Shown here in pieces: positions 6,700 through 15,979 of a stretch of DNA of 28,241 bases. This stretch comes from a virus. Taxonomy: Duplodnaviria; Caudoviricetes. The stretch lies in IMG/VR virus record IMGVR_UViG_3300027849_000048, positions 1-28,241 of that record; one strand, written 5' to 3'. The position numbers and the translations under genes are program-made. The number at the start of each line of letters is the position of its first letter. The first letter of the stretch is position 1. A model generated the notes under the pieces. That model was not told the DNA's origin. It saw nothing but the letters and a program-made list of their open reading frames with translations, and did not search any database.

Positions 6700-6919
6700 G
6701 GAACTGATCAAAGTAGCTAAAGAAGCTATTGTTGATTCAGGAGATGATATCACGGCAGATAGATTAAAAAATGCTGCAGCTACAAAGAAGTTAGCTATAT
6801 TTGATGCATTTGAAATACTAAATAGATTAGAAGCTGAAGAAGCATTATTAAACGAAAAACCTGCAGAAGTAAAAGAAGAGAAATCTTTTAGAGGTTTTGC
6901 TGAAGGAAGATCTAAGTAA
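6644..6919 (+). CDS. Putative terminase small subunit
   Basis: 91 aa helical protein directly upstream of and coupled (TAATG) to terL. This call rests on position. Confidence 0.5.
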   Translation: MNTKETKLNIIQAGQVAVEELIKVAKEAIVDSGDDITADRLKNAAATKKLAIFDAFEILNRLEAEEALLNEKPAEVKEEKSFRGFAEGRSK

Positions 6920-9132
6920 TGTACGAGCAAACTCTATATAAGGTTGTAAAAGACCACGTAAAGCCTAAAGTTCTTAAAAGAATGAACAGGTATAAGAAAT
7001 GGGAATATGGCCACAACGCTGAGCACGATTTAATAGTTATTAGTAAAACTGGTGAAATAGGTGAGATATATAAGATACAAGATCTTTTAATAGCTTTGCC
7101 TAAAGAAAAAGATACTGTAGAATTTGAAAATGACAGATGGTCTTATACTAAGTACCCAAAAGAATTAAGTAAAATTAAATCTGTGTTTGACTGGGAAGAA
7201 TATCCTTTAGACTTTAAAGAAAAATGGTATGATTACATTGATAAAGAATTTATACGGCGCGAAGAAGGTTTTTGGTTTATTAACAAAGGTAAGCCTACTT
7301 ATATTACTGGTACTAACTACATGTACTTGCAGTGGAGTAAGATTGATGTCGGGCAGCCAGACTTTAGGGAATCAAATAGATTATTCTACATATTCTGGGA
7401 AGCTTGCAAAGCCGACAAACGGTCTTACGGTATGTGTTATCTTAAGAACCGTCGAAGCGGATTCTCGTTTATGTCCTCAGCTGAATCAGTTAACCTTGCA
7501 ACAATATCAACGGATTCACGGTTTGGGATATTGTCCAAATCTGGTCCGGATGCAAAAAAAATGTTCACAGATAAGGTTGTACCAATTTCGGTCAACTACC
7601 CGTTCTTCTTCAAGCCGATCCAAGACGGTATGGACAGGCCAAAAACCGAACTTGCATATCGCGTCCCCGCCTCGAAATTTACCAGGCGAAAACTTGACTC
7701 CAACGAAAAACTACAAGAGATTACCGGTCTTGACACGACGATCGACTGGAAGAATACAGGCGACAACTCCTACGATGGGGAAAAACTAAAACTACTAGTA
7801 CACGATGAAAGTGGAAAGTGGGAGAGACCTACAAATATATTAAACAACTGGCGAGTAACCAAAACTTGTTTAAGATTAGGTTCTAGAGTTATTGGTAAAT
7901 GCATGATGGGTAGTACTTCTAATGCTTTAGACAAAGGTGGTGCAAACTTTAAAAAACTTTACAATGAATCAGACGTTACACAAAGAAACGCCAATGGACA
8001 GACACGCTCAGGACTCTATTCTTTGTTCATACCTATGGAATGGAACTACGAAGGATACATTGATTCTTATGGCTTTCCTGTATTCAACACACCAAAAGAA
8101 GAAATTGAAGATCCACACGGAACAAAAATAACGCAAGGTGTAATAGAGTATTGGGACAATGAAGTAGAAGGTTTAAGATCTGATCAAGATGGTTTAAACG
8201 AATTCTACAGACAGTTTCCACGCACAACTAAGCACGCGTTTAGAGATGAATCAAAACAATCTCTATTTAATCTTACAAAGATATACGAGCAAATAGATTT
8301 TAATGAAGATCTTAAGAACTCAATTAAAGTAACTAAAGGAAGCTTTCAATGGGAGAACGCTAAGCAAGATACTAAAGTAATATTTGTACCAAACAAAGAT
8401 GGTAGATTTTTAGTGACTTGGGTTCCACCTGCGCATCTTCAAAATAAAAGATATATAAAAAATGGTACTAATCATCCTGGTAATGAGCATTGCGGAGCAT
8501 TCGGCTGTGATCCATACGATATATCAGGCACTGTGGACGGTAGAGGATCCAAAGGATCTCTTCACGGTTTAACAAAGTTCTCAATGGAGGATGTGCCTCC
8601 AAATATGTTTTTTTTAGAATATATAGCTCGGCCTCAGACTGCTGAGATATTCTTTGAAGATGTTCTAATGGCTTGTGTATTTTACGGGATGCCTATATTG
8701 GCTGAAAACAATAAGCCTAGACTACTGTATCATTTTAAAAGAAGAGGTTATAGAGGTTATTCAATTAACAGACCCGATAGAAAATATAACAAACTGTCTG
8801 TGACAGAGAGAGAGCTAGGCGGAATACCTAACTCAAGTGAAGATATAAAACAAGCACACGCCGCTGCTATAGAAACTTACATCAATGATTTTGTAGGTTT
8901 AAAAGAAACAGGTTATGGAGATACATATTTCCAAAGAACATTAGAGGATTGGGCTAAGTTTGACATTAACAACAGAACAAAGCATGATGCGTCTATAAGT
9001 TCAGGGCTAGCTTTAATGGCTTGTAATAAACATAGATACGCGCCAAATGCTCCTAGACAAAAACCACAAGCGGTAGATTTAGGTTTTAAAAAGTACGACA
9101 ACAAAGGTTCAACATCAAAAATAATAAGTTAA
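6919..9132 (+). CDS. terL: Terminase large subunit
   Basis: Walker A-like LKNRRSGFS, Walker B LLVHDESGKW, motif III MMGSTSN, and RNase H-like nuclease AFGCDPYD...AENN...HDASISSGLA. Lies immediately before the portal. Confidence 0.92.
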   Translation: MYEQTLYKVVKDHVKPKVLKRMNRYKKWEYGHNAEHDLIVISKTGEIGEIYKIQDLLIALPKEKDTVEFENDRWSYTKYPKELSKIKSVFDWEEYPLDFKEKWYDYIDKEFIRREEGFWFINKGKPTYITGTNYMYLQWSKIDVGQPDFRESNRLFYIFWEACKADKRSYGMCYLKNRRSGFSFMSSAESVNLATISTDSRFGILSKSGPDAKKMFTDKVVPISVNYPFFFKPIQDGMDRPKTELAYRVPASKFTRRKLDSNEKLQEITGLDTTIDWKNTGDNSYDGEKLKLLVHDESGKWERPTNILNNWRVTKTCLRLGSRVIGKCMMGSTSNALDKGGANFKKLYNESDVTQRNANGQTRSGLYSLFIPMEWNYEGYIDSYGFPVFNTPKEEIEDPHGTKITQGVIEYWDNEVEGLRSDQDGLNEFYRQFPRTTKHAFRDESKQSLFNLTKIYEQIDFNEDLKNSIKVTKGSFQWENAKQDTKVIFVPNKDGRFLVTWVPPAHLQNKRYIKNGTNHPGNEHCGAFGCDPYDISGTVDGRGSKGSLHGLTKFSMEDVPPNMFFLEYIARPQTAEIFFEDVLMACVFYGMPILAENNKPRLLYHFKRRGYRGYSINRPDRKYNKLSVTERELGGIPNSSEDIKQAHAAAIETYINDFVGLKETGYGDTYFQRTLEDWAKFDINNRTKHDASISSGLALMACNKHRYAPNAPRQKPQAVDLGFKKYDNKGSTSKIIS
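7229..7789 (+). CDS. Candidate overprinted lipoprotein-like ORF inside terL (+1 frame)
   Basis: 186 stop-free codons with an N-terminal KKVFGLLTKVSLLILLVLTTCTC signal/lipobox-like segment. GC is visibly raised locally. Confidence 0.35.
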   Translation: MITLIKNLYGAKKVFGLLTKVSLLILLVLTTCTCSGVRLMSGSQTLGNQIDYSTYSGKLAKPTNGLTVCVILRTVEADSRLCPQLNQLTLQQYQRIHGLGYCPNLVRMQKKCSQIRLYQFRSTTRSSSSRSKTVWTGQKPNLHIASPPRNLPGENLTPTKNYKRLPVLTRRSTGRIQATTPTMGKN

Positions 9133-11520
9133 ATGGGTATATATACTAACACCAATAGCGCTTTTCCTAGTCAAGTAGTGAGCGATGCAGAAAAAGCAAG
9201 CTGGGAATACGGGACGCAGGTTGGTCAGGCTATCGAATACGAATGGTTTGGTCAAGGTCGTACTAATGGTAATAGATACTTAACTAGTTGGAATCAATTT
9301 CACCAATTAAGATTATATGCTCGAGGTGAGCAATCAATACAGAAATACAAAGACGAATTATCTATAAACGGTGATTTGTCTTATTTGAATTTAGACTGGA
9401 AGCCTGTACCTATTTTGTCTAAATTTGTAGACATCGTAGTAAATGGTATATCTGGAAAGTCTTATGATATTAAAGCTTACGCTCAAGATCCGTCGTCAAT
9501 AAAGAAAAGAACTGATTATGCTTCTATGCTTTATGAAGATATGGTGTCTAAAGAGTATTTAGATAGCTTACAGCAAACGCTTGGTATTAATTTATATCAA
9601 ACACCAAATATTGATACAGTACCTGAATCTAAAGACGAGCTTGAGCTTCATATGCAATTAAGCTATAAGCAGTCAATTGAAATAGCAGAAGAAGAAGCTA
9701 TATCGTCTGTGCTTGCGCAAAACAAATATGACCTTACTAGAAAAAGGTTAAATATGGATTTAACTGTTTTAGGTATCGCATGTGCTAAGACTGGTTTTAA
9801 TACAGCTGAAGGAATTACAGTTGATTATGTAGATCCAGCTTATGTAGTTTACTCCTATACTGAAGATCCTAACTTTGATGATGTATACTACATAGGAGAA
9901 GTAAAGTCTATAACAATACCTGAACTTAAAAAAGAATTTCCTAATATTTCAGAAGAAGAGCTTGAAAGAATACAGAAAATGCCAGGCAACAGTCAGTACA
10001 TAACTGGTTGGGGTAATTACGACGAAAACACAGTTCAAGTTTTATATTTTGATTATAAGACATATCACAATCAAGTATTTAAAATAAAAGAAACACCACA
10101 AGGATTAATGAAAGCTTTAGAAAAGCCAGATTCATTTAATCCGCCAGAAAATGATAACTTTGAAAGAGTGTCAAGATCTATTGAGGTTTTATATAACGGA
10201 GCTAAAGTATTAGGCTCAAATGAAATGATAAAGTGGGAGCTAGCGGAGAATATGTCTAGACCTACAGCTGATACAACTAAAGTAGAAATGAACTATGCTT
10301 TATGTGCACCTAGAATGTACAAAGGGCGTATTGAATCTTTAGTAAGTAAATGTATTGGTTTTGCTGATATGATTCAGCTAACGCATTTAAAGCTGCAACA
10401 AGTATTATCTAGAATGGTGCCAGATGGTGTTTACCTAGATATGGATGGGCTTGCAGAAGTTGATCTTGGTAATGGAACTAACTACAACCCAGCGGAAGCA
10501 TTGAATATGTATTTCCAAACAGGTTCCATTGTTGGTCGATCACTTACTCAAGACGGTGATATGAATCCAGGTAAAGTACCTATTCAAGAACTTAATAGCT
10601 CAAGTGGTCAAGCTAAGATAAATGCGTTGATACAAACGTATCAATATTATTTACAAATGATTCGCGACGTAACTGGACTTAACGAAGCTAGAGACGGCAC
10701 GGCTATGGATAAGAACTCATTAGTAGGGCTTCAAAAGATGGCCGCTAACGCATCCAATGTAGCAACTAGACATATCAATCAGTCTGGTCTTTATATAACC
10801 CTTAAACTAGCCGAAAACGTTGCGCTTAAAATAGCTGACGCATTAGAATTTCCACTAACTAGAAGTGCTTTACAAAATTCTATATCTACATATAACATAA
10901 AAACTTTAGATGAGATTATAAACTTAAATCTTCATGATTTTGGTATATTCTTAGAACTAGAACCAGATGATGAAGAGCAAGCTCAATTAGAAGCAAACAT
11001 ACAAGTTGCATTACAACAAGGCGGTATTGATCTTGAAGATGCTATTGACTTAAGACAGATTAAAAATCTTAAGCTAGCAAATCAAATGCTTAAGATAAAG
11101 CGTAAAGCTAAAGCCAAGCAAGATCAAGCTAATCAACAAGCTAATATTGCAGCTCAAGGACAATCTCAAGCAGATACTGCAGAGAAAACAGCTATGGCTG
11201 AAGTGCAGAAGCAAGAGGCTATAATGGGTGCAAATGTTCAGTTTGAACAATCCAAGAATCAAATGGAAATTCAACGAATGGAAATTGCAGCTCAATTAAA
11301 AGCTCAAGAAATGCAAACTAAGTTTCAGTTTGATATGCAGCTAAAGCAACTTGAGGTTCAGAATATGCAACAAAAAGAAACTGCTATTGAAGACCGTAAA
11401 GATACTCGTAGCAAGATGGAAGCTTCGCAGCAAAGTGAGCTTATAAGTCAAAGGCAAAACGACAGTTTACCTGTAGACTTCGAAAACCAACCCGATCAGG
11501 GTATGCAAGCTTTCATGTAG
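9133..11520 (+). CDS. Portal protein
   Basis: 795 aa following terL. Contains PILSKFVDIVV and IRDVTGLNEARDG portal-like segments and a long Gln-rich C-terminal coiled coil, as in P22-type barrel portals. Confidence 0.85.
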   Translation: MGIYTNTNSAFPSQVVSDAEKASWEYGTQVGQAIEYEWFGQGRTNGNRYLTSWNQFHQLRLYARGEQSIQKYKDELSINGDLSYLNLDWKPVPILSKFVDIVVNGISGKSYDIKAYAQDPSSIKKRTDYASMLYEDMVSKEYLDSLQQTLGINLYQTPNIDTVPESKDELELHMQLSYKQSIEIAEEEAISSVLAQNKYDLTRKRLNMDLTVLGIACAKTGFNTAEGITVDYVDPAYVVYSYTEDPNFDDVYYIGEVKSITIPELKKEFPNISEEELERIQKMPGNSQYITGWGNYDENTVQVLYFDYKTYHNQVFKIKETPQGLMKALEKPDSFNPPENDNFERVSRSIEVLYNGAKVLGSNEMIKWELAENMSRPTADTTKVEMNYALCAPRMYKGRIESLVSKCIGFADMIQLTHLKLQQVLSRMVPDGVYLDMDGLAEVDLGNGTNYNPAEALNMYFQTGSIVGRSLTQDGDMNPGKVPIQELNSSSGQAKINALIQTYQYYLQMIRDVTGLNEARDGTAMDKNSLVGLQKMAANASNVATRHINQSGLYITLKLAENVALKIADALEFPLTRSALQNSISTYNIKTLDEIINLNLHDFGIFLELEPDDEEQAQLEANIQVALQQGGIDLEDAIDLRQIKNLKLANQMLKIKRKAKAKQDQANQQANIAAQGQSQADTAEKTAMAEVQKQEAIMGANVQFEQSKNQMEIQRMEIAAQLKAQEMQTKFQFDMQLKQLEVQNMQQKETAIEDRKDTRSKMEASQQSELISQRQNDSLPVDFENQPDQGMQAFM

Positions 11521-11551
11521 AAAGTAAACAATTATTTAATTATATTTTATT

Positions 11552-12742
11552 ATGTCAGAAGAAAAAACAAATGAACCTGTTAAGCAGGAAGGTGAGTTTA
11601 AGATTAAAAAGAAAACTCCAAAAAAATTAACACCGGTAAGCGATGAGCCTATTAAAGTTAATATTAAAGAACCTTTGGTTGAATTACCGCCAGATGTTAC
11701 AAAAGTAGTAATACCTAAACAAGAAGAAGATGCCATTCAAATCGGAGAAACAAAGGAAGTATCTGTGGAAGAACCATCCGGAGATAGCGCAAAGGTGGGA
11801 GAACCTGTACAAGAGTCCAACGCGGATGCTGAAGGGTTTTCTGCAATCAAAGAAGTAACAGAGACTGAAAAAGTTGAAGCTCAAGTAGAAAAAGCAATAC
11901 AAGACGAAAGAATTCTTGGTAAAGCTTTACCTGAGAACATCGAAAAGCTAGTTTCTTTTATGGAAGATACAGGTGGGACAATAGAGGATTATACTAGGCT
12001 TAATGCCGATTACTCTCAAGTTGATGAAATTACATTACTTAAAGAGTATTATAAAAAAGAAAAGCCTTATTTAGAAGGTGAAGACATTGATATGCTTCTA
12101 GAGGATTTTATCGTAGATGAGGACCTTGACGAAGAAAGAGATATGCGCAAAAAGAAAATTGCGTTTAAGGAAGAAGTTGCAAAAGCCAAAAGCTATTTGG
12201 AAGAGACGAAGAGTAAATATTACGACGAGATCAAGTTGAGACCGGGCGTTACTCAAGACCAACAAAAAGCTACAGACTTTTTCAACCGATATAATAAGCA
12301 GCAAGAAGCAGCTGAGCAACAACACGCACAATTCAAAGAAAGTACTAAAGAGCATTTTAACGACAACTTCGAAGGTTTCGATATTAAAGTCGGCGAAAAA
12401 AGCTATAAGTACAATATTCAGAATCGTGATAAAGTTGCAGAGAGCCAATCGAATATTAACAACCTTGTCGGGAAGTTCCTAGACTCAGATGGTAATGTTA
12501 AAGACACGAAAGGTTATCACAAAGCTATGTATGCTGCTGATAATGTAGATAAAATCGCAGCTCATTTTTATGAGCAAGGAAAAGCGGATGCCGTAAAAGA
12601 AGTTGTAAGCAGTTCTAAAAACTTAAGTAGCACCAAAGCTAGGTCTACTCAAGGAGAGGTGTTTTTAAACGGATTTAAGGTTAAAGCAATTTCAGGTGCT
12701 GATTCTACAAAACTAAGAATTAAAACAAAAAAATTTAACTAA
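11552..12742 (+). CDS. Putative capsid scaffolding protein
   Basis: Highly acidic, disordered N-terminus plus a helical C-half, located between portal and major capsid genes. Confidence 0.6.
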   Translation: MSEEKTNEPVKQEGEFKIKKKTPKKLTPVSDEPIKVNIKEPLVELPPDVTKVVIPKQEEDAIQIGETKEVSVEEPSGDSAKVGEPVQESNADAEGFSAIKEVTETEKVEAQVEKAIQDERILGKALPENIEKLVSFMEDTGGTIEDYTRLNADYSQVDEITLLKEYYKKEKPYLEGEDIDMLLEDFIVDEDLDEERDMRKKKIAFKEEVAKAKSYLEETKSKYYDEIKLRPGVTQDQQKATDFFNRYNKQQEAAEQQHAQFKESTKEHFNDNFEGFDIKVGEKSYKYNIQNRDKVAESQSNINNLVGKFLDSDGNVKDTKGYHKAMYAADNVDKIAAHFYEQGKADAVKEVVSSSKNLSSTKARSTQGEVFLNGFKVKAISGADSTKLRIKTKKFN

Positions 12743-12756
12743 AAAAACAAACAATT

Positions 12757-14214
12757 ATGAGTTTAACTCCTCAATTTGGTAGTTTAATCCCTTCTTCACA
12801 GCAAGAGATTTTAAACAGTAACTACCTACAATTTAACGGTGGTGGCGCAGCAGGTGATACAAACACTTTTGCTCAACAATACCTACCAGAAATTTACGAA
12901 CAAGAAGTAGAGCGTTACGGAAACCGTACACTATCTGGATTCTTACGAATGGTTGGCGCTGAAATGCCAATGACTTCTGATCAAGTGATTTGGTCTGAAC
13001 AAAATAGATTACACATTTCTTATGTCAACGTTGCAACAGCTGCTGTAGGTGCAAATACACTTGCAATTCCTGTTGGAGCAGGCGTAATAAATGTTATTTC
13101 TATAAATGACACTATTGTTATTCTTGATCCAGCGACTGGAGTTGAAGCAAAAGCTATTGTTAATCAATCAGATACAACAACAGGGTTTCTTAACGTAACA
13201 GCTTTTGACAATGCTGATGTTGCAACTACTTTTGGCGCTGCTAATGCAACGTTGAAAATATTTGTATACGGTTCTTCTTATGCTAAAGGCACTAACTTAG
13301 GTGGTATTGTTGCTGGAGCTGGCGCTCAAAATGCTAACACAAGAGTTTCTGTTGAACCACAACTTACTCAATATTCTAACTCGCCTATTATTTTAAGAAG
13401 CCAATACGTAGTATCTGGTTCTGATATGGCTCAAATCGGATGGGTAGAAGTTGCAACTGAAGACGGAACATCTGGATACTTATGGTATTTAAAAGCTGAA
13501 TCTGAAACTCGCTTACGTTTTGAAGATTACTTAGAAATGAGTATGATTGAAAGTGAGTATAGCCAAATCGTTGCTGGCGGTGGGGTTGCTGGTTTACCAG
13601 GATCTGAAGGTTTATTTGCTGCTATCCAATCTCGTGGAAATGTAGAAGTAGGATTTACTGCTGCTGCTGGACTTGATGAATTTGATGCTATCCTTAAGAA
13701 TTTAGATACTCAAGGAGCAATTGAAGAAAATATGTTGTTCTTACAGAGACAAACATCTCTTGATTTTGACGATATGTTAGCTTCTATTTCTGGTGGATTT
13801 GCTGGAGGTACTGCTTTTGGATTATTTGAAAATTCTGAAGAAATGGCTTTGAACTTAGGATTTAGCGGATTCCGTAGAGGATCTTACGACTTCTATAAGA
13901 CTGACTGGAAATACTTAAATGATGCTTCTACTCGTGGAGGAATCAACGGTGTAAATTCAATTGAAGGTGTATTAATTCCTGCTGGAACTTCTACAGTTTA
14001 CGATCAGATCTTAGGAACTAATATCCGTCGACCATTCTTACACGTACGTTACAGAGCTTCACAAAGCGATGACAGACGTATGAAGTCTTGGTTAACTGGT
14101 TCTGCAGGTGGAGCATTTACTTCTACTCTGGATGCTATGGAAGTAAACTTCCTATCTGAAAGATGTTTAGTAACTCAAGCTGCTAACAACTTTGTACTTT
14201 TCAAAGGAATCTAA
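12757..14214 (+). CDS. Major capsid protein
   Basis: 485 aa after the scaffold. Shows QQYLPEIYE...ERYG, WSEQNRLH, TQYSNSPIILRSQYVVSGSD and GSEGLFAAIQSRG HK97-fold-like segments and strongly biased codons, and is followed by a strong terminator. Confidence 0.85.
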   Translation: MSLTPQFGSLIPSSQQEILNSNYLQFNGGGAAGDTNTFAQQYLPEIYEQEVERYGNRTLSGFLRMVGAEMPMTSDQVIWSEQNRLHISYVNVATAAVGANTLAIPVGAGVINVISINDTIVILDPATGVEAKAIVNQSDTTTGFLNVTAFDNADVATTFGAANATLKIFVYGSSYAKGTNLGGIVAGAGAQNANTRVSVEPQLTQYSNSPIILRSQYVVSGSDMAQIGWVEVATEDGTSGYLWYLKAESETRLRFEDYLEMSMIESEYSQIVAGGGVAGLPGSEGLFAAIQSRGNVEVGFTAAAGLDEFDAILKNLDTQGAIEENMLFLQRQTSLDFDDMLASISGGFAGGTAFGLFENSEEMALNLGFSGFRRGSYDFYKTDWKYLNDASTRGGINGVNSIEGVLIPAGTSTVYDQILGTNIRRPFLHVRYRASQSDDRRMKSWLTGSAGGAFTSTLDAMEVNFLSERCLVTQAANNFVLFKGI

Positions 14215-14232
14215 TGATTCAATATTAATAAC

Positions 14233-14259
14233 AATCCCTGCCTTCGGGCGGGGGTTTTT
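14233..14259 (+). terminator. Rho-independent terminator after major capsid gene
   Basis: AATCCCTGCC-TTCG-GGCGGGGG-TTTTT: GC-rich stem, C(UUCG)G tetraloop and U-tract. Confidence 0.9.
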
Positions 14260-14262
14260 ATA

Positions 14263-14304
14263 TGACATTAGCCCCTTACTACTTATATACTAAGGCTATT
14301 GTCA
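14263..14304 (+). other. Second imperfect hairpin in the leader of the 273-aa gene
   Basis: TGACA-T-TAGCC..TTA / TAA-GGCTA-T-TGTCA inverted repeat. Confidence 0.6.
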
Positions 14305-14334
14305 CATTTTTAAACTATTTAATTTTATTATATT

Positions 14335-15156
14335 ATGGCTAAACAAGCTGCAGCAAAAAAAGTTGAGGTTGCACCTCAAGAAGTGGTAACACAAGTTGCT
14401 ACTCCAGTAAAACCTACAAAACCAACGTGGGAAATCAAAGATAGAGTCTATTATTTAAAAGGTAGCAAAAACCCTTTAACATTAACAATACCAGGCAGGC
14501 ATACAAGAAAGCATGCTTTACTATATTTTGATGAGTCAACTGGAAAACAAAAAGAAATAAGATATGCTACTAATCAAGATTCACCTTTAGTAGACGAACA
14601 AAAAGGAGAGGTTACTATGGGACATATTAGGTTTCAAAAAGGAACTTTAACTGTAAAAAAAGAACAACAAAATCTACAAAAACTATTATCTTTGTATCAC
14701 CCTTTAAAAGGAAAACTATACGAAGAGTTTAGCGCTAAAGAAGAGGCTGTTGATCAGTTAGAAGTATTAGATCTTCAAATAGATGCCATGAATGCAGCTA
14801 GAAACATAGACATAGATCAAGCAGAGGCTATATTAAGAGTTGAAATAGGTTCTAAAGTAAATGAAATGAGCTCTAAAGAACTTAAAAGAGACTTACTATT
14901 ATTTGCTAGAAGCAATCCTTCATTATTTATTAGCTTAGCTAACGATGAAAATGTACAACTAAGAAATTTCGCTATTAGAGCAGCTGAAGTTGGAATTATA
15001 AAACTATCACCAGATCAACGAACATTCACATGGGGATCAAACGATAGGAAATTAATGAACGTTCCTTTTGATGAAAACCCTTACTCAGCGTTTGCGGCTT
15101 TCTTAAAAACAGACGAAGGAGTAGAAATCTATAAGTCTATAGATAAAAAACTATAA
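14335..15156 (+). CDS. Hypothetical protein downstream of capsid gene (probable morphogenesis protein)
   Basis: 273 aa in the head-tail junction region, with no catalytic motif seen. Confidence 0.7.
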   Translation: MAKQAAAKKVEVAPQEVVTQVATPVKPTKPTWEIKDRVYYLKGSKNPLTLTIPGRHTRKHALLYFDESTGKQKEIRYATNQDSPLVDEQKGEVTMGHIRFQKGTLTVKKEQQNLQKLLSLYHPLKGKLYEEFSAKEEAVDQLEVLDLQIDAMNAARNIDIDQAEAILRVEIGSKVNEMSSKELKRDLLLFARSNPSLFISLANDENVQLRNFAIRAAEVGIIKLSPDQRTFTWGSNDRKLMNVPFDENPYSAFAAFLKTDEGVEIYKSIDKKL

Positions 15157-15176
15157 AAACAGGTAATACTAATATA
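15155..15176 (+). promoter_or_regulatory. Putative phage promoter motif, copy 3
   Basis: AAAAACAGGTAATACTAATATA, nearly identical to 22106-22125. Confidence 0.5.
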
Positions 15177-15202
15177 GGGCTCGTTAACTCGGGCCTTTTA
15201 TT
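15176..15202 (+). terminator. Probable Rho-independent terminator/hairpin
   Basis: AGGGCTCG-TTAACT-CGGGCCTT stem-loop followed by TTATT. Confidence 0.65.
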
Positions 15203-15218
15203 ATAACAAAAATAGAAC

Positions 15219-15977
15219 ATGGCAGTAAACGTAAATACAGTATATCAAACAGTCTTGTATATATTAAACAAAGAACAAAGGGGTTATGTTCCACCTGCTG
15301 AATTTAATAGTTTAGCAGCTCAGGTCCAGTTAGAAATATTTGAATCGTATTTTCCAGATGGAAATCAATTAAATAGAGTGAATCAAAATAACACCCAAAA
15401 TAACACTGAGTTTTTTAATATGTCTAAAGACATGCAATCAAAACTAACGCCGTTTGAACAAGAATTACAATTAACCATAAACGCGGAAAATGCTTTTTTA
15501 CAACCTCAGCTGTCAGCTACTGGTTCTATAAATAGAATTGTGCGTAAATTTGGATCTATTATATCAACATACGATGGTCAACCTAAATACGATTCAATAA
15601 CTCAGTTTACTTCAAAAAGTGATTACAACAAAATAGTAAGATCAAAACTAACTCTACCCACAAAACAAAATCCAATATATTACTTAAGTAGTGGCACGTC
15701 TACTAGCTCTTCTTTATTTATAACCCCTCTTCCAGACTCTGTATTAGCTAACTGCTTGGTTTACCCATTAAACCCACGTTGGAATTTTACAATTGGTAAT
15801 TCCGGTCAATATTTATACAACTCTACAAACTCTGTTAATTTTGAACTAGACAGTTCAGAGCAAACAAGCTTGGTTGTTGGTGTATTAAAATACTTTGGGG
15901 TTGTTATAAACGATCCTACAATTATACAAGTAGCTGAGCAAGAAGCTCAACAAACTTCAATTAACGAAAAATCATAA
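15219..15977 (+). CDS. Putative head-tail adaptor / tail tubular (ring) protein
   Basis: Helical N-terminus (VYQTVLYILNKEQRGY..PAEFN), beta-rich middle and helical C-terminus; called from position and architecture. Confidence 0.55.
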   Translation: MAVNVNTVYQTVLYILNKEQRGYVPPAEFNSLAAQVQLEIFESYFPDGNQLNRVNQNNTQNNTEFFNMSKDMQSKLTPFEQELQLTINAENAFLQPQLSATGSINRIVRKFGSIISTYDGQPKYDSITQFTSKSDYNKIVRSKLTLPTKQNPIYYLSSGTSTSSSLFITPLPDSVLANCLVYPLNPRWNFTIGNSGQYLYNSTNSVNFELDSSEQTSLVVGVLKYFGVVINDPTIIQVAEQEAQQTSINEKS

Positions 15978-15979
15978 CA

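Noticed and set aside
7937-8131. Second +1-frame ORF (64 aa) inside terL
   Set aside because: It is short, starts with GTG and has no signal or motif, so its length is compatible with chance. Revisit only if the 7229 ORF proves real.
6919-14214. Introns or inteins in terminase, portal or capsid genes; tRNA genes in intergenic gaps
   Set aside because: The reading frames are uninterrupted, with no intein-like C...HN boundaries or homing endonuclease motifs seen. The intergenic gaps are too short or lack cloverleaf features.
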